DNA of 64,000 nucleotides, taken from IMG/VR virus record IMGVR_UViG_3300002030_000028. One strand, written 5' to 3'. Positions 61,318-64,000 of this stretch are shown piece after piece (the stretch's first letter is position 1; the number at the start of each line of letters is the position of its first letter). Origin of the DNA: a virus. The notes beneath the pieces were generated by a model. It did not search any database. It worked only from the letters and a program-made list of their open reading frames with translations, and was not told the DNA's origin. Position numbers and translations under genes: made by a program.

Positions 61318-61887
61318 TTATGCCCATCTCTTCTTGTTTTTTATTCTGCTTATTTGAGATTGGTTAACCCCATATAGTTTTGCTATTTCGTACTGTGGTG
61401 CTTTTGATTTTTTTATCTGGTCCACCTGTTCTTGCGTTAACTTCGAGACAGGTGACTTGTCTCCTCCAAGGTCCGTTCCGTCTAACACGCGGTCTTTTTG
61501 ATTTTCAGATCTGGTGGCCCAGCGTAAATGTCTTGGGTTAACGCATGCGCGATTATGACAAATCACCGGAGCATGAGCTGCGTCGTGTTTTTGAGGTCTT
61601 GGGCCTACGGACTTTGTGAGAACATAAGCATGAGCAAGCCACCTGATTCCATCAATCTGTATTTCTCCATACCCCTTGCATGCGAGACTATAGGGCCAGA
61701 TGATACATTCATCTGTTTGACTGTTAATTGCCTCATTTATGAAATCGAGTTTATCGCTTGAGCTGATTTGAATGAAGTGTTCTGGATCTCCATACTTACG
61801 CCATTTTTGATAATGCTTTGAGCACATTTGTTTAGCGCGCACGCTATTGCCGCAGTGTCTAATTTTGCATATATTGGGGGTATTCAA
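61318..61887 (-). CDS. HNH_3-type homing endonuclease-like protein with C-terminal HTH
   Basis: CIIWPYSLACKGYGEIQIDGIRWLAHAYV...ICHNRACVNPRHLRWATRSENQKD. TTG start after AGGAGG. Ends 1 nt before the dnaB start. Confidence 0.7.
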   Translation of the reverse strand: MNTPNICKIRHCGNSVRAKQMCSKHYQKWRKYGDPEHFIQISSSDKLDFINEAINSQTDECIIWPYSLACKGYGEIQIDGIRWLAHAYVLTKSVGPRPQKHDAAHAPVICHNRACVNPRHLRWATRSENQKDRVLDGTDLGGDKSPVSKLTQEQVDQIKKSKAPQYEIAKLYGVNQSQISRIKNKKRWA

Positions 61888-61964
61888 ATCGAACCTCCTA
61901 TGTTCGTTTGTTGTTAAGGCTGACCTTGTGATGGAGGTCAGCCTTTTTATTAACTACAAAATGA

Positions 61965-62555
61965 TTATAGCAGAGAATCGGAACCTGCAACTGGTTTAAA
62001 TTTTTGTGGCTTCTTTTTCTTCTCTTTAGCCATGAAAGGAACAAGGGGAGATTGAACTTTTATGGTTTCCCAATGTTTAAAATCTTCCTCATACATCTTC
62101 TGAGTGGCATATAGAAAAACCCCGCACGCGTCAGCCTCGTCGTCGTTTTCGCATTCAAACCCCCATGCACCTGCCAGCTCAACAGTGTTGGTAGGCTTAG
62201 CTCCGCCTTTACCATATATGAGCTTTTTGTGCTTGCCGTTTTGAACGTCATAACACGGGATATCGTAATCGATTGCCAAAACCTCGACAATTCCAGCTAT
62301 GCCATATAGGACTCGCAGCGTATCGTAATTCAGCTTTCCGAACGGAAGAACGGGGCGTTCAAGTAGAACAATCTCAACGCCTTTCATTCTGGGTATCAGT
62401 TGCTCTCTGAAGTTATGGATTTGAGCACCAACATCTCCTCGGCATTTCTTATTTACCGAGAAGGACGAAATAGTAAGGGGGCCAGACCCATCGGTCGGCC
62501 CCCTCACGTACCCGGTCCTGCTGGACGAGGTATCGAGCGCAAGAGCGATCGGCAT
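61965..62555 (-). CDS. ruvC: RuvC-like Holliday junction resolvase
   Basis: IALALDTSSSRTGY (catalytic Asp block), LLERPV, DDEADACGV. Confidence 0.7.
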   Translation of the reverse strand: MPIALALDTSSSRTGYVRGPTDGSGPLTISSFSVNKKCRGDVGAQIHNFREQLIPRMKGVEIVLLERPVLPFGKLNYDTLRVLYGIAGIVEVLAIDYDIPCYDVQNGKHKKLIYGKGGAKPTNTVELAGAWGFECENDDEADACGVFLYATQKMYEEDFKHWETIKVQSPLVPFMAKEKKKKPQKFKPVAGSDSLL

Positions 62556-63061
62556 CAGGTGTCGTCTTTCTCTTTAGCCTTCTTTTTCTTGGCAATCATA
62601 TCCATCGCGAGGCTATTTTGCCCGGCATCGTATCCCTCAAGCCATTTCTGACTGTTATCAAGATGTTCCTCCGGCGCCTTTTTGACCCCCCCAATGATCC
62701 CGGCCTGATAACCCTTAGAAAAGGCGATATCTTCGGATGTTTCAGTCCCAGTGGTGTCTTCTTCGTAAGCTAGTCGGCCTTGGGTACCGATCGGGAGATT
62801 GAGCCATTGAGCGTATTGAAGTCGGCGATCGAATGTCTCCGCAACCTCTTCACGTTGCCAATCCATCATACGCATCATGGCGTCAAAGTCGCCGAGTTGA
62901 ACGCCGGCGGCTTTAAGCTCTTTTCTGAGCTTCTTTCGTTTTTCGTTAGCGGCCTTACATTCCTGATCGGCCTCACTCATCATTCTAACGAACGCCCTAA
63001 GCTGGTCGCCCGTAAGCTGATTGCTGCCATCTTTAGCAGCATCATCAACAGATTTTGCCAT
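62555..63061 (-). CDS. hypothetical protein (168 aa), possibly DUF2312/GapR-like N-terminus
   Basis: Track ORF trimmed to the ATG at 63061. QLRAFVRMMSEADQECKAANEKRKKLRKELKAAGVQLGDFDAMMRMM loosely resembles DUF2312. Confidence 0.4.
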   Translation of the reverse strand: MAKSVDDAAKDGSNQLTGDQLRAFVRMMSEADQECKAANEKRKKLRKELKAAGVQLGDFDAMMRMMDWQREEVAETFDRRLQYAQWLNLPIGTQGRLAYEEDTTGTETSEDIAFSKGYQAGIIGGVKKAPEEHLDNSQKWLEGYDAGQNSLAMDMIAKKKKAKEKDDT

Positions 63062-63065
63062 TGGT

Positions 63066-63326
63066 TTAAGTCTCCTTTTGCGCCTTTCTATTTTTCTTGA
63101 GCTTTGAAGGGCGCGATTTCCCCAAAGCCTTACACAAACTATCGATGGCCTCATCGAGTTTAGCCAAATTGTCGAGAGTTCGATTTGTCTTACCCGGCTT
63201 CAATATGCTGCGCAGGGTCGGATCATGAATACCCGATTCCGAAGATAGCTTCGCGATTGTTATTTTGTACTCAGGATCGTTTACGATTTTCCGAGCTTCT
63301 TCGAGTAATTCATATGCCTGTTTCAT
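63066..63326 (-). CDS. small HTH-like regulator (86 aa)
   Basis: Track ORF trimmed to the ATG at 63326 (MKQAYELLEEARKIV...ITIAKLSSESGIHDPTLRSIL). Divergent from the exonuclease gene. Confidence 0.5.
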   Translation of the reverse strand: MKQAYELLEEARKIVNDPEYKITIAKLSSESGIHDPTLRSILKPGKTNRTLDNLAKLDEAIDSLCKALGKSRPSKLKKNRKAQKET

Positions 63327-63454
63327 GGCGAGAGAATTAGCGGATGGTTTTTTCAAGTCAATAAAAATTACAAAAAAATACGATATTCTGCTTGACTGAA
63401 GCCTCAACGGATGGCTAACCGGAGAGGCGAAAATTAGAAAAAGGAACTATCACA
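63327..63454. promoter_or_regulatory. Divergent control region between the regulator and recombination genes
   Basis: Near-palindromic AAGTCAA (63355-63361) and TTGACT (63391-63396) give facing -35-like boxes. CGGATGG is repeated directly (63341-63347, 63407-63413). The -10 elements are weak. Confidence 0.35.
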
Positions 63455-64000
63455 ATGTCAGAAATAACTGTTCGTGAAATCAATGATGGCCAGCAGATTA
63501 CCGAAGATGGTGTCTATCTTGTCCCGATTGATCGTTACCATAACGACCCTAATTTATTTCCCGGTCATTCGGTCTCGAGCACAGGTCTTCGGCGCGCGGC
63601 GAACAGCAAAGTCAGCATGCTTGAATACTGGTATAAATCAACGCTGAACCCGAACCGTGCGCAAGATGAGGGCTCTGAAGCCCTTCGCTTTGGTAAAGGG
63701 GTTCACTCATATTTGCTCGAAGGAAAACTTCCCGAAGACGAGTTCGCTTACCATGAGTTTGAAAACTGGTCCTCGAATGAAGGTCATGAGGGTGCCTTCA
63801 AAGACGAAAGCGGTGGTCGCCATAAGAGCTTTCTTGCCTACAAGCGCGCTTGGAAAGCTGAACAGGAGGCGGCTGGTAAAACCCTTGTGTCTCAAAAAGA
63901 CATTGAGGTTTTTGACAGGATGGCGTCTGTCTTAGCCGATGACCCTATGGTTAAGGTCGGTTTGATGGAAGGGCTCGTTGAGCACACGATTGCTTTCAAA
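63455..64000 (+). CDS. PD-(D/E)xK exonuclease (RecE/YqaJ-like), 3' end cut by window edge
   Basis: Hand-translated MSEITVREINDGQQITEDGVYLVPIDRYHNDPNLFPGHSVSSTGLRR...ALRFGKGVHSYLLEG..., open through base 64000. AAAGGAA SD. Confidence 0.6.
   Translation, partial: MSEITVREINDGQQITEDGVYLVPIDRYHNDPNLFPGHSVSSTGLRRAANSKVSMLEYWYKSTLNPNRAQDEGSEALRFGKGVHSYLLEGKLPEDEFAYHEFENWSSNEGHEGAFKDESGGRHKSFLAYKRAWKAEQEAAGKTLVSQKDIEVFDRMASVLADDPMVKVGLMEGLVEHTIAFK

Noticed and set aside
1-64000. tRNA, rRNA, integrase/att sites or flanking host genes
   Set aside because: Visual scanning found no T-loop/acceptor-like tRNA signatures, no rRNA-like stretches, no tyrosine or serine recombinase motifs and no housekeeping genes. 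tRNAscan or Infernal would be needed to exclude small RNAs formally.

Overview
The window looks like a near-complete genome of a lambda-like siphovirus with no cellular housekeeping genes. A GcrA-like regulator and a CcrM-like methylase hint at an alphaproteobacterial host. Plus strand, in order: RecT (cut by the window edge), terS, and a terL interrupted by a class 3 intein. Next is a roughly 10.7 kb accessory island of small ORFs, which contains a Prs-like/Nampt-like pair resembling the NARP1 NAD+ reconstitution pathway. After that come portal and head genes, a minus-strand island, protease/scaffold/capsid genes, lambda-type tail genes (G/GT frameshift, tape measure, M, L, K, an I-J fusion) and a lysis cassette. 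Positions 50.3-63.4 kb carry a minus-strand replication/recombination module, and a RecE-like exonuclease runs off the right edge. The standout is 10.86-15.14 kb: one promoter-to-terminator operon of about 10 small cistrons. Each of its nine internal gene junctions carries a complete type II hammerhead ribozyme with a covarying pseudoknot, and a permuted variant sits in the leader. I saw no tRNA, rRNA, CRISPR array or integrase. All family assignments come from motif recognition by eye, not from searches.
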